A stretch of DNA of 32,550 nucleotides, taken from positions 1 to 32,550 of the IMG/VR virus record IMGVR_UViG_3300020045_003697; one strand, written 5' to 3'. The stretch comes from a virus (Duplodnaviria > Caudoviricetes). Shown piece after piece: positions 9,701-17,641 of this stretch (within the stretch, counting starts at the first letter, position 1; every line of letters begins with the position of its first letter). Under the pieces are notes generated by a model that saw only the letters and a program-made list of their open reading frames with translations, had not been told where the DNA came from and ran no database searches. Position numbers and translations under genes: made by a program.

Positions 9701-9864
9701 TAATCAAATGGGATTGCATAAGTTTCGTATGTTGAATCTGTTAGCTGAATAATGTTTCCAGGATAGAATTTCCAATCAACCACTCTATAATATTCGTCCT
9801 GTGAATTTTGAGAATATCCAAATATACTTAATATGCAAAATATTATAAATAGTAATTTCTTCAT
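6766..9864 (-). CDS. Large tail/capsid fibre-like protein with N-terminal signal peptide
   Basis: Signal MKKLLFIIFCILSIFGYS-Q. Fibre-like motifs NNSGSDILNGQPVYI, LSDTPDSYAAQSNKLFGVN and DAINDAVTTTAPSQNSVFDALALKA. Beta-rich C-terminal domain. Confidence 0.7.
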   Translation of the reverse strand: MKKLLFIIFCILSIFGYSQNSQDEYYRVVDWKFYPGNIIQLTDSTYETYAIPFDYNDPGAISRTVGNYVVDFIGHRYAVVDSTSVTITLLDIYHTGQGPQTDQIARCYRSVYNGDSKYIGSIDYSPLDESAKWKLNGSDNELLWRHGIDYGLPFKRLVLDTTYIHDGYEVKGTVAWNEATQSVETHIANDLHLNNGEELWVPLCINNSGSDILNGQPVYINGASGISPTILLASNITYDESRLIGVATQNIPNGTVGRVTRFGFVNDINLSECTAGGNVYLGDKVLTHVRPMGGLFPVVIGKAIVCSTTGRLLVYPQTAEYPSEVNRADGWASYLQGDQTNISFVDGTRIFSIVPVASTFYFYQVGLKYIKTGTQSITISDVEGIHIIYYDLGVLSEMVNPSSSEIVDAIRNKVITSVIYWDATNKVSIYVSNERHTFYWPSWVHAYAHLSFGTQFGNGLALTNITLGIGSVNADAQFGSDAGTIADEDIVTSVPSVSSTTGIPIYYRLGSGLGNWRRVVRAGYAFLNDGTSGLAMYNLNSGGTWSITTMTNNYYRLVHVFATNDIGTPNKIIAMSGVAEYSSASAAEAAVNNEILNIYNSNLPFAEVKHIGSLILHTKTGLGNTVNARYVAIPSKPSGANYYMDYRRSNVIGTGGGAGSGTSTILGLSDTPDSYAAQSNKLFGVNAVETGMEFKAVTATLAGTVNIPTGQQYQINGGSVVVDAINDAVTTTAPSQNSVFDALALKAPTSIASSLSTGYLPYWDGTKFLNSTATYDSGWFSFGTSPVPGYRIFATGNIRALGNLEAYSAEYTGNTGVAQNIALFGQIGFSNGFTVAYNGLSMVYTMLDGDLRLGNLSGTGIRLITASPDGTLGALANGLEGQIPKIVSGVLTFADASDGLNTTGMTANFIQKWDGEKFIDWINPRPQTLTASLTTVWDVNSGIDANMTMTADASITLQNLKVSTSGTLHVTKQSTNYRLKLKGYTLSISRNIEWDSTGILIVGNGKEDSYTWTYNGVVLTINGNKDYNQTSF

Positions 9865-9865
9865 A

Positions 9866-11002
9866 TTATTTAAAAATCATGTAAATTTTTATTTGCTTTG
9901 GAATTGTAGCTAATGACTGAATAAGTAGCGAATTTGCATCTGGAGTTTTCCAACCATTATAAGCAGCTGTATTGAATAACGCTTGCTCTTCTGTTCCAGT
10001 AACTGCGCATATTGAAACATGAGCAACCCTCCTATTTAATCCATGTGTTATCAAAATATCAACAGCACTTGTTCCAGGAGCTAAAACCCAGCCCGTTGGA
10101 TAGTCGATTCCCATAGTTGCTGCTGCTATACGACCAGCTACAGTGGATGCATATGGTAATGATATTTCAATCACAGGTTGGTTTGCTGTTGTAAAATATT
10201 TTTTAGTATCACTTTCAGGCAAATCGTCTGTAGTGAATGCTCCTAAGTTAATTGTGGGCGTAAATAAATTTAATGCATCGTCATACACCCAAGATATGCC
10301 AGTATTAGCTTGAATAAATGAAGCAACTGTATCCATTACATCTTGAGCATCACCAGAAGAATAAGTATCCCATTCAGATATCTGAGCAGCAGTTGGAATA
10401 ACGCCATCTCCAGCATTAGTAATTAAATCTAATTGAGCCTTATTGGAATGAGTATGCCTAACTAGTGTATTTGCATCAACTTTGGATTTATATGATGCTG
10501 TAAAATATTTAACTGTATCACCCTCTATAATGTCATCTAAGGTGTCATTGAGCTTGTCAAATGCATTTGTTACCTGCGAGGCAGTATAATCCCCACTCAA
10601 TGCTAAAACGTCGCCAGGTCTCCCAAAAACGGTCGTTACGGCCCCAGTAATAGAGTCTTCCCAAGCAAGTGATCCTAGCGTTAATGTTTTAGTTCCACCA
10701 CTATTCATTGTGAATATTGCAGAATTGCCAACTTTAGTTATTGATGATAGATATTCCTCTAATCTCCATGCTGGATTTTTTGACCCATCAAGTTTCCATA
10801 TATAACTTGCAGCAGATGCATCATCTCCTTTGGCTACATATCCAGCAACTGTTTTAGAGTTAGCACTCAATCCATTAATAAGGACATACTTTACTTTTTT
10901 AAGATTATCATCCCAAACCATAGCCTTATCATGCTCGGTAATTTCTGGATTTCTATTAACTCCATCTATATGTGATGTCTGCCTTATTGTCCTAAATTCC
11001 AT
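9866..11002 (-). CDS. Virion fibre-like structural protein
   Basis: Phage tail-repeat motifs VTTVFGRPGDVLALSGDYTASQV, HTHSNKAQLD, TTDDLPESDTKKYFT and ITHGLNR. Confidence 0.7.
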   Translation of the reverse strand: MEFRTIRQTSHIDGVNRNPEITEHDKAMVWDDNLKKVKYVLINGLSANSKTVAGYVAKGDDASAASYIWKLDGSKNPAWRLEEYLSSITKVGNSAIFTMNSGGTKTLTLGSLAWEDSITGAVTTVFGRPGDVLALSGDYTASQVTNAFDKLNDTLDDIIEGDTVKYFTASYKSKVDANTLVRHTHSNKAQLDLITNAGDGVIPTAAQISEWDTYSSGDAQDVMDTVASFIQANTGISWVYDDALNLFTPTINLGAFTTDDLPESDTKKYFTTANQPVIEISLPYASTVAGRIAAATMGIDYPTGWVLAPGTSAVDILITHGLNRRVAHVSICAVTGTEEQALFNTAAYNGWKTPDANSLLIQSLATIPKQIKIYMIFK

Positions 11003-11003
11003 A

Positions 11004-11624
11004 TTAAGATACGTTTAATAAATAAACTATTCTTACTTTATCTCCAGCCTTTAATTCATAATAAGTATGCCAATACATTGTAGTTCCAACAAAATGTACG
11101 CCCTCTTCTTCTAGTGCGACCATTGGTATTGGATCTCCATCTGTACTAGTTGTAATTACAATACTATCTGTATCAATATTATTAATGTTAAATGGAACTG
11201 TTATTGCAGTTGTGTTATCCATAACAATATTAATTAGTGCAACCATCGGCTCTTTATTAAATCCTTGATACGTTACAATTACTGGCGGAGTAGATGGGCT
11301 AGATATATCTTTAATATTACCGTATATATCTAATTCTGCATATACAATGTCGCTAATATCAGATGTGACATATTCTCTAACTAAAGATCCAAATTTTGCA
11401 TACGTTGTTTCATCTATTTCAGTATCTCCAATATAAAGCAAATCATCGACTATTCTTACAGACTTTAATCCTCTAACTAGAAAATATAATACACATAAAT
11501 CCTTATACCATTGTAGATATTTATCACTACCTATAGTTAAATATGTAGCGTATTTGTCAAAGTAATATAAATATATTCTCTTTGCTAAATCAATTTCTGT
11601 ATTTAATTGAGATTGTGTAACCAT
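11004..11624 (-). CDS. Hypothetical protein (probably structural)
   Basis: 206 aa ORF tightly packed in the operon. Confidence 0.7.
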   Translation of the reverse strand: MVTQSQLNTEIDLAKRIYLYYFDKYATYLTIGSDKYLQWYKDLCVLYFLVRGLKSVRIVDDLLYIGDTEIDETTYAKFGSLVREYVTSDISDIVYAELDIYGNIKDISSPSTPPVIVTYQGFNKEPMVALINIVMDNTTAITVPFNINNIDTDSIVITTSTDGDPIPMVALEEEGVHFVGTTMYWHTYYELKAGDKVRIVYLLNVS

Positions 11625-11625
11625 A

Positions 11626-12159
11626 TTAAATATTTAATAACATTTTCTGCAAAGATATTAATCTTTTTTGAAACTTTACATCACGTGAGTTTACATTGGT
11701 AGTATCTAAATTTCCAAGACCTTCTAGAAAAAACACAGATGTTGCATACTTTTCAGCATTGAACTTGATTTCTTCTGGTGCGTGAATCCAGTTAACCTGA
11801 TTAAACACCGCGTATGTTATGCTTGCATATATGCCAAATCCAGCATAATTACTAACATACGAACCAGAATTGCCAGATGCAACAGCTTCCCACCAAGAAT
11901 CTTCGAGATATATTACTCCAGCCAAACTTAGAAATGGAATTTCAACGGTTCCATCTTCTACAAACGACGCAAGCTCAGAAACACTAAGCGTATATGCACT
12001 ATATGCTGGAGCGGTATGAACCATTGCTTTATATAAACTAACAGTTAGGCTTATTAGTGTACTTCTAGGAACTCCTAGAGATGTCCAGTCCGTACTGTCA
12101 GTAATAATTAATCCGTCTTGAGCTACATTTGAGGTAGCTAGAATTATAATTGATGCCAT
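11626..12159 (-). CDS. Hypothetical protein (probably structural)
   Basis: 177 aa, beta-rich N-terminus and helical C-terminus, tightly packed. Confidence 0.7.
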   Translation of the reverse strand: MASIIILATSNVAQDGLIITDSTDWTSLGVPRSTLISLTVSLYKAMVHTAPAYSAYTLSVSELASFVEDGTVEIPFLSLAGVIYLEDSWWEAVASGNSGSYVSNYAGFGIYASITYAVFNQVNWIHAPEEIKFNAEKYATSVFFLEGLGNLDTTNVNSRDVKFQKRLISLQKMLLNI

Positions 12160-12165
12160 AGTTAT

Positions 12166-12597
12166 TTAATTTGATTGTTTTTCAATTCCGCGACTAACGT
12201 CTCCATTAAATTCTTTTAGAGCTTTGGTATATGTTAGTTCCATATTCTGTTCTGACACCATTGGTCTATATTGAAAAGATGCCTTATTCATGTCAAACAT
12301 ATTATTCTGAAAAAATATAACGCTAGTTTTTAATGGATATTTATCTAGCCTTACATCTAATTCGGTTTTTGATATCTTCTCTGACTCAAGAGTTGCAATT
12401 TTTGCATTAACTTCTACCAATGAATATAAAAATGCAAGAAATAATACAGATCCAGTTACTATTAAAACATTAATTGTTTTTCTTAACTTACTAAAAATCT
12501 TAGCACTTTCAGTTTTAATGTTTGTCAAAACAAGATTGCTCTCATTTATCAGAGCATGCAGCTGCTCTTCTGCTGTTTTTATAGAATCTTCGCTCAT
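12166..12597 (-). CDS. Single-pass membrane protein with coiled coils
   Basis: TM INVLIVTGSVLFLAFLYSLV flanked by heptad-like segments. Confidence 0.7.
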   Translation of the reverse strand: MSEDSIKTAEEQLHALINESNLVLTNIKTESAKIFSKLRKTINVLIVTGSVLFLAFLYSLVEVNAKIATLESEKISKTELDVRLDKYPLKTSVIFFQNNMFDMNKASFQYRPMVSEQNMELTYTKALKEFNGDVSRGIEKQSN

Positions 12598-12614
12598 TAT
12601 ATAATATTAATATA

Positions 12615-15600
12615 TTAAAATTTCCATAATTTACCACTTACACCGAATGGTATATAAAGCGATGGCGTATAGTCCTTAATTAAAATTAATGATGTAAATG
12701 GTTGCAAAACTACCGGCGCACGATATTCCCTTCCTGTTACATCTATTGACGCCCAATTCGGATATATTGTTCTGACAGTACTTGTAGCGTTGTATTCAAA
12801 TTGCAAATCATTAACGTTTGTAACCTCTTGTGGTGATTTTTTTGAATTAGCGTCTTGACCGGAATATGTTTGCCATTCAGCAAGAGTTTTAAATCCACTA
12901 TCCCAATCAGCATGATTAAACCTGATCACTTTATTATCATCAATTGGTCTTGCATATACATTATTATCAAAAGTTGTAGATGCAAGCATTAGATCGTTTG
13001 CTGGCGATCCATCATTCCTCGAAAAATAAAAATTCATACACTTCTGATTGTCATAGTCCATGTTTTCATAGCTATAAATACCAGTCTTTATTTTTGCAAC
13101 AAAAATGTTGTTTTTTACCTGATTTCCTGTTGGAGGCAAGGTCGGTATTTCTGTTCCCCAATAAGTAGAGTAATACTGAAATTTACTGGCATTATATACA
13201 GTATTATGATGAACATTAATGTTTCCAGCCGATGTATTTAAAAAAATGCCATAATCTTTAACATCTGCTACTGAGTTATTTAAAACCTCAATATTCTTAG
13301 AACGTTCATCCAGATAAATTCCGACAGCAATAATAGCCCCACCGCTTGTTCCATACGTTGAGCCAATACCATTGATAACAATATTATCTGAAATAACTAC
13401 ATTAGCCATTGGTGTTCTGGTTCCTGTATAGGTATAAATTCCACCGCCATCATCAAGAATCGTGCAGAACGTATCAATAAAATTATTTCTTATGAGTGCA
13501 GTAGTTCCATAAAAACTGATTGCATTGTAACCTGTATTTTTTATGCTATTATACTCAACAGTTAAGCTTTCCACAACGTCAGCAGAAATAGCATTATCAG
13601 CTCCATATAAAACACTTGTATTTCTCATTCCAGAAACAACCCCTATGTTTTCAAGATAGTTGTTGCGAATGATTATAGTATTTGAATTATTGGCGATTAT
13701 TGCGCTACTATTGGACTCTGTGATAACATTACCTTCATAGGTTACATAGTCAACGTATGGGGTATTTATAGCAACAATTCCGGTATTGGTTAGGGAACAA
13801 TTCTTAACAGTGAAATGATCTGAACCATTATCTTCGCCCCAAATAGCTACTGTGTTTGCCCCATCAAATGTTAACCCATCAATTGTAATGTAATCACCCT
13901 GAACCTGAAACAATCTATCAATTGAAGCTATTTTTACATTTAATGGTTGTGTGGTACTATAAATCCGTAGTTTATCGGTTGAAGGGTTAAAATACCATTC
14001 ATTTTGCTGATCGAGTGTTCGTGTGTCGTTTTGAATAAAGAATCCATTTCCGTCACTTGGTTCATATCCAGAACTAAGAGTGTTAAAGTTTAATGTTCCA
14101 ACCGATTGGGACGTTATAATTACCCTATCCATCATAAAATGGCCTGTGTGTATCACAACTTCAGCACCAGTCCAATTTGGAGTTCCAGTTAAACTACTGC
14201 TTGTAATAGATGTTTTTCCTGAATGTGACTGAAAGGTTAAGTAGCCTCCATTTATTGCATCTGAATTTGGATATCTGCCCATTGGGGTGTTAGCTCCATT
14301 TATTGCAACCATATTGCAAGATGAAAGTGTCGAAACTATGTTTGTGCTTTCCCAAATATTACTTCCCAAATTAGTCCATATTGCTACCGTAGTGAATCCT
14401 GTGATTGTTGGATTTTCTCCTATGCCGTATGCTCCAAGGGTAATTGGGTTACCTAAGCTTCCTGATTGATCAATTACTAACGATCCATAAAAAGTATCTC
14501 CACGCTTTAGCAAAATATTATCACCTGCCGAAAAAGTAGCTGAATTAATCTTATCCAATGTCTGCCACGGTGTTAATTCGGAAAGCCCATCGTTCGAGTC
14601 ATTTCCTGTACTACTAACGTAATAAGCAGACTTTTCAATTAACACAATGCTTGTAAACGGCTCTAAAGTGACATTCCCAACATAATAAGCTCCGGAAACG
14701 TCAATAGATGGTTGTGATACAAATACCACCTTATCTACGTTCGTGTCGTTGTAGTAAAACTGAAGATTGTTGGTGTCTATGATCGGTATTGGCGACTTTA
14801 GTGAGTTTGCATCTTGTCCAGAATATGACTGCCATTCAGTAAGCGTTAAACTATCTATCGTCGAATACGATGAAGATGTTTGAATATAAAACGCATCGGA
14901 ATCGTCAATAGGTCTAGCATAATAATTGTTATTAAAAGTTCCAAAATTAGTTATTGGATTCGTAACGGAGCTATATGATACCGCTCTAAGAACATCTTGC
15001 GATGCGGTTTTTGCAATAAATTTATTATTCGTAGTTACGTTTCCTGTAATTAATAAGCTTTCTAATTTAGATGAAAACAATATCTGATAAAAACAATCAA
15101 AAGAAGTATTATCGTGTATATCATTGTTTGCAGAAGCGTGTAAAAATATTCCCGCGCCATTATTTGAAGATATTGAATTGTGATCTACTTCAATATTTTG
15201 AACACCTTCATCAAGATAAATGCCATGTGCGCTCATTGGTGTTGAATTTGGAGTCCCAAATGGATTTCCTACGCCATTTATAATAATGTTACCTGTAATC
15301 ACATTATCAGTGCCGCCAATACTGGAACAATAAATACCTGCTGCATCATACTGCATTGTGCAAAATGTATCAACATAGTTATTTTTAACAAATACAATTG
15401 AATCTCCACCTATGTACATACCATTTTCACCACTGTTAATAACTCTATTGCCTTCTGCCCTAACAGCGTGAACACTATAACTAACAAAAATACCAGCACC
15501 AGCATTTAGCATTATAAATCTTGAAGTATTTGTAACTGTATTATTTAACACACTACCTATACCCGATTTACCCCCATTTATTCCAGACCAGTTTGATTCA

Positions 15601-16565
15601 TCTACAACACAGTTTTGTATTGTATTATAATTGCCTCTATAATCTATTCCATACCATCCAGCAAACGAAGTATTACAATCCTGTATGATAACGTGATGCG
15701 GTAAAATTCCGTCATTCATGGCTTTATACGCCCAAATACACCTATTTTCAGCACCTGTTACTTCTAAATTTTCAACTGTAATGTAGTTGCCCTCAATATT
15801 TATTAAATCATCAATAGTTGAAACCCTTACATTAACAGGCTGAGAAGCACTGTAAATCTTTATCTTTTTTGTTGTGGGATTATAATACCATTCGTTCTGA
15901 ACATCAAGAGTTCGTACATCATTGTTTATAAAGAATCCATATCCATCAACCGGAGTTGAAGATAAGGAAGAATAATTTAAAGTTCCACCCGACTGAGATG
16001 TAATTGCAGCGGTAGCAATAGCCCAAGCATTGGGGCGCAAAACAACAGTCGCGCCAGTCCAATTTATAACGCCATCGAGACCAGAGCTAGTTATTGATGT
16101 CGTTGTGTGTGATTGATAATACAAATACCCAAGTTCATCACCCGTGTTATTTGGATAACGGCCTTTTTCGGTATTTATACCATTTACAGTAACCATACTA
16201 CAAGTAGAGAGAGTTGATATGGCTGATGTACTTTCCCAAATATTACCACCTAAGTTTATCCATGTAGTAACGTTCGTAAATCCTGAAATAATTGGTTTTG
16301 CACCACTTCCATAAGCACTTATCTTAATTGGATTGCCTATTGATCCTGATTCTGATAGGGTAATAGAGCCATAAAAGGCATCACCCCTTTTTATCAAAAT
16401 TTCATCACCTGCCGAAAAGGTAAAAGAGTTTACTTTTGCAAGATTCCATGTTGCTGAAGTTGTTAATCCTGAGTTTGTAGTATTCCCAGAACTGGAAACG
16501 TAATATGTAGTTGCCTGAATCGCTGAACTAAACAGCAAAAACAGAATGATTAATATGTATCTCAT
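12615..16565 (-). CDS. Exported protein with two tandem right-handed parallel beta-helix modules (putative polysaccharide-binding protein or depolymerase)
   Basis: Signal MRYILIILFLLFSSAIQA. Motif YYVSSxGNxxNxGL...W..L.K.N...FSAGD.IL.KRGD.FYG occurs twice. Many PbH1-like Asn-ladder repeats. Confidence 0.85.
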   Translation of the reverse strand: MRYILIILFLLFSSAIQATTYYVSSSGNTTNSGLTTSATWNLAKVNSFTFSAGDEILIKRGDAFYGSITLSESGSIGNPIKISAYGSGAKPIISGFTNVTTWINLGGNIWESTSAISTLSTCSMVTVNGINTEKGRYPNNTGDELGYLYYQSHTTTSITSSGLDGVINWTGATVVLRPNAWAIATAAITSQSGGTLNYSSLSSTPVDGYGFFINNDVRTLDVQNEWYYNPTTKKIKIYSASQPVNVRVSTIDDLINIEGNYITVENLEVTGAENRCIWAYKAMNDGILPHHVIIQDCNTSFAGWYGIDYRGNYNTIQNCVVDESNWSGINGGKSGIGSVLNNTVTNTSRFIMLNAGAGIFVSYSVHAVRAEGNRVINSGENGMYIGGDSIVFVKNNYVDTFCTMQYDAAGIYCSSIGGTDNVITGNIIINGVGNPFGTPNSTPMSAHGIYLDEGVQNIEVDHNSISSNNGAGIFLHASANNDIHDNTSFDCFYQILFSSKLESLLITGNVTTNNKFIAKTASQDVLRAVSYSSVTNPITNFGTFNNNYYARPIDDSDAFYIQTSSSYSTIDSLTLTEWQSYSGQDANSLKSPIPIIDTNNLQFYYNDTNVDKVVFVSQPSIDVSGAYYVGNVTLEPFTSIVLIEKSAYYVSSTGNDSNDGLSELTPWQTLDKINSATFSAGDNILLKRGDTFYGSLVIDQSGSLGNPITLGAYGIGENPTITGFTTVAIWTNLGSNIWESTNIVSTLSSCNMVAINGANTPMGRYPNSDAINGGYLTFQSHSGKTSITSSSLTGTPNWTGAEVVIHTGHFMMDRVIITSQSVGTLNFNTLSSGYEPSDGNGFFIQNDTRTLDQQNEWYFNPSTDKLRIYSTTQPLNVKIASIDRLFQVQGDYITIDGLTFDGANTVAIWGEDNGSDHFTVKNCSLTNTGIVAINTPYVDYVTYEGNVITESNSSAIIANNSNTIIIRNNYLENIGVVSGMRNTSVLYGADNAISADVVESLTVEYNSIKNTGYNAISFYGTTALIRNNFIDTFCTILDDGGGIYTYTGTRTPMANVVISDNIVINGIGSTYGTSGGAIIAVGIYLDERSKNIEVLNNSVADVKDYGIFLNTSAGNINVHHNTVYNASKFQYYSTYWGTEIPTLPPTGNQVKNNIFVAKIKTGIYSYENMDYDNQKCMNFYFSRNDGSPANDLMLASTTFDNNVYARPIDDNKVIRFNHADWDSGFKTLAEWQTYSGQDANSKKSPQEVTNVNDLQFEYNATSTVRTIYPNWASIDVTGREYRAPVVLQPFTSLILIKDYTPSLYIPFGVSGKLWKF

Positions 16566-17347
16566 TAGTAAGAGGCATAAATTTCTATTCCTTGCACATT
16601 GCCCTGTTCGGTAGTCGTTACAAGCTCTACAGTAACCGTCACCGTTATTTCCTGAGTATGATCAAATGTAGGAAGATAAATATCTGATGTTGAGTTTGCA
16701 AATTGACCACCACTCGTACTAACTGTAGTTGTACTAACGTGAGCCGTGTTGCTATTTCTGCTTCTAATAATGTGGCAAAATTGTCCTGATACACTTGTAG
16801 TTGTAAGAATTACCGTTCCTACCACTACCCCATTAAACTTAATCCTAAACGTCTTACTTGCTGATCCAGTAACAGAATATAGCGGCAATATATGAAAGCT
16901 ACCATTTAGCCCGATTGAATTAGCAGGGATAGTCATAGTCAGAACGGTAGTTTCGACGGCATCTCCTGTGTGGAAAACCTTAACGTTATTTTGACACACA
17001 CGCCTCATCAATCCTGATTTTTTTATCGCTTCATCCAAAGCAGCCATTGTTGCCAACTGAGTAGTGGTTGTTCCTAATGTTGCTGTTGGTGCTGTTGGAA
17101 TACCTGTTAACGGAGTGTTATCTAATCTTGCTGTAATAGTATCCCTAATATCAGGCCAAGGGTTAACCAAATCAATAGTATCAACCTTTGAATTTAATTG
17201 CGCCTGAATCGCTGACGTAACACCATCTACAAAATTTATTTCCGTTACCGTTGGAGTTGCATCTGAAATTTGTCTCCATTTTAGACTTGTAACAGCTGCC
17301 GTTAGAATCACTCCTAACAGACATATTATTATAATGGATTTTTTCAT
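16565..17347 (-). CDS. Tail-fibre-like protein with N-terminal signal peptide
   Basis: Signal MKKSIIIICLLGVILTAA; fibre motifs EINFVDGVTSAIQAQLNSK and PLTGIPTAPTATLGTTTTQLAT. Confidence 0.7.
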   Translation of the reverse strand: MKKSIIIICLLGVILTAAVTSLKWRQISDATPTVTEINFVDGVTSAIQAQLNSKVDTIDLVNPWPDIRDTITARLDNTPLTGIPTAPTATLGTTTTQLATMAALDEAIKKSGLMRRVCQNNVKVFHTGDAVETTVLTMTIPANSIGLNGSFHILPLYSVTGSASKTFRIKFNGVVVGTVILTTTSVSGQFCHIIRSRNSNTAHVSTTTVSTSGGQFANSTSDIYLPTFDHTQEITVTVTVELVTTTEQGNVQGIEIYASY

Positions 17348-17348
17348 A

Positions 17349-17636
17349 TTATATTTTATTGTAAATTACATTTGGAAAATCTCCAGTTGCTGGTGCAACC
17401 ACAAATCTAATTGTTTTTACTCCACTTAATGTTAATGCCGTAACGTCAACTTGCATTGGATTCAGTCCAACGAAAGCCATATCCATATTAGCGTCATCAG
17501 GAAGTTGCCAATCTGTTAAGATGTCATTTGCCCCAATGACTTCAAATATTCCAAATCCATGACCAGAACTTAATGTTCCTAGACTATCTATTGCTTCTTT
17601 AATTTTCTTTAATTGACCAGTAATTTCGCTTGCCAT
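17349..17636 (-). CDS. Small structural/fibre-associated protein
   Basis: 95 aa; C-terminal TIRFVVAPATGD motif typical of small beta-sandwich fibre domains. Confidence 0.6.
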   Translation of the reverse strand: MASEITGQLKKIKEAIDSLGTLSSGHGFGIFEVIGANDILTDWQLPDDANMDMAFVGLNPMQVDVTALTLSGVKTIRFVVAPATGDFPNVIYNKI

Positions 17637-17641
17637 AATAT

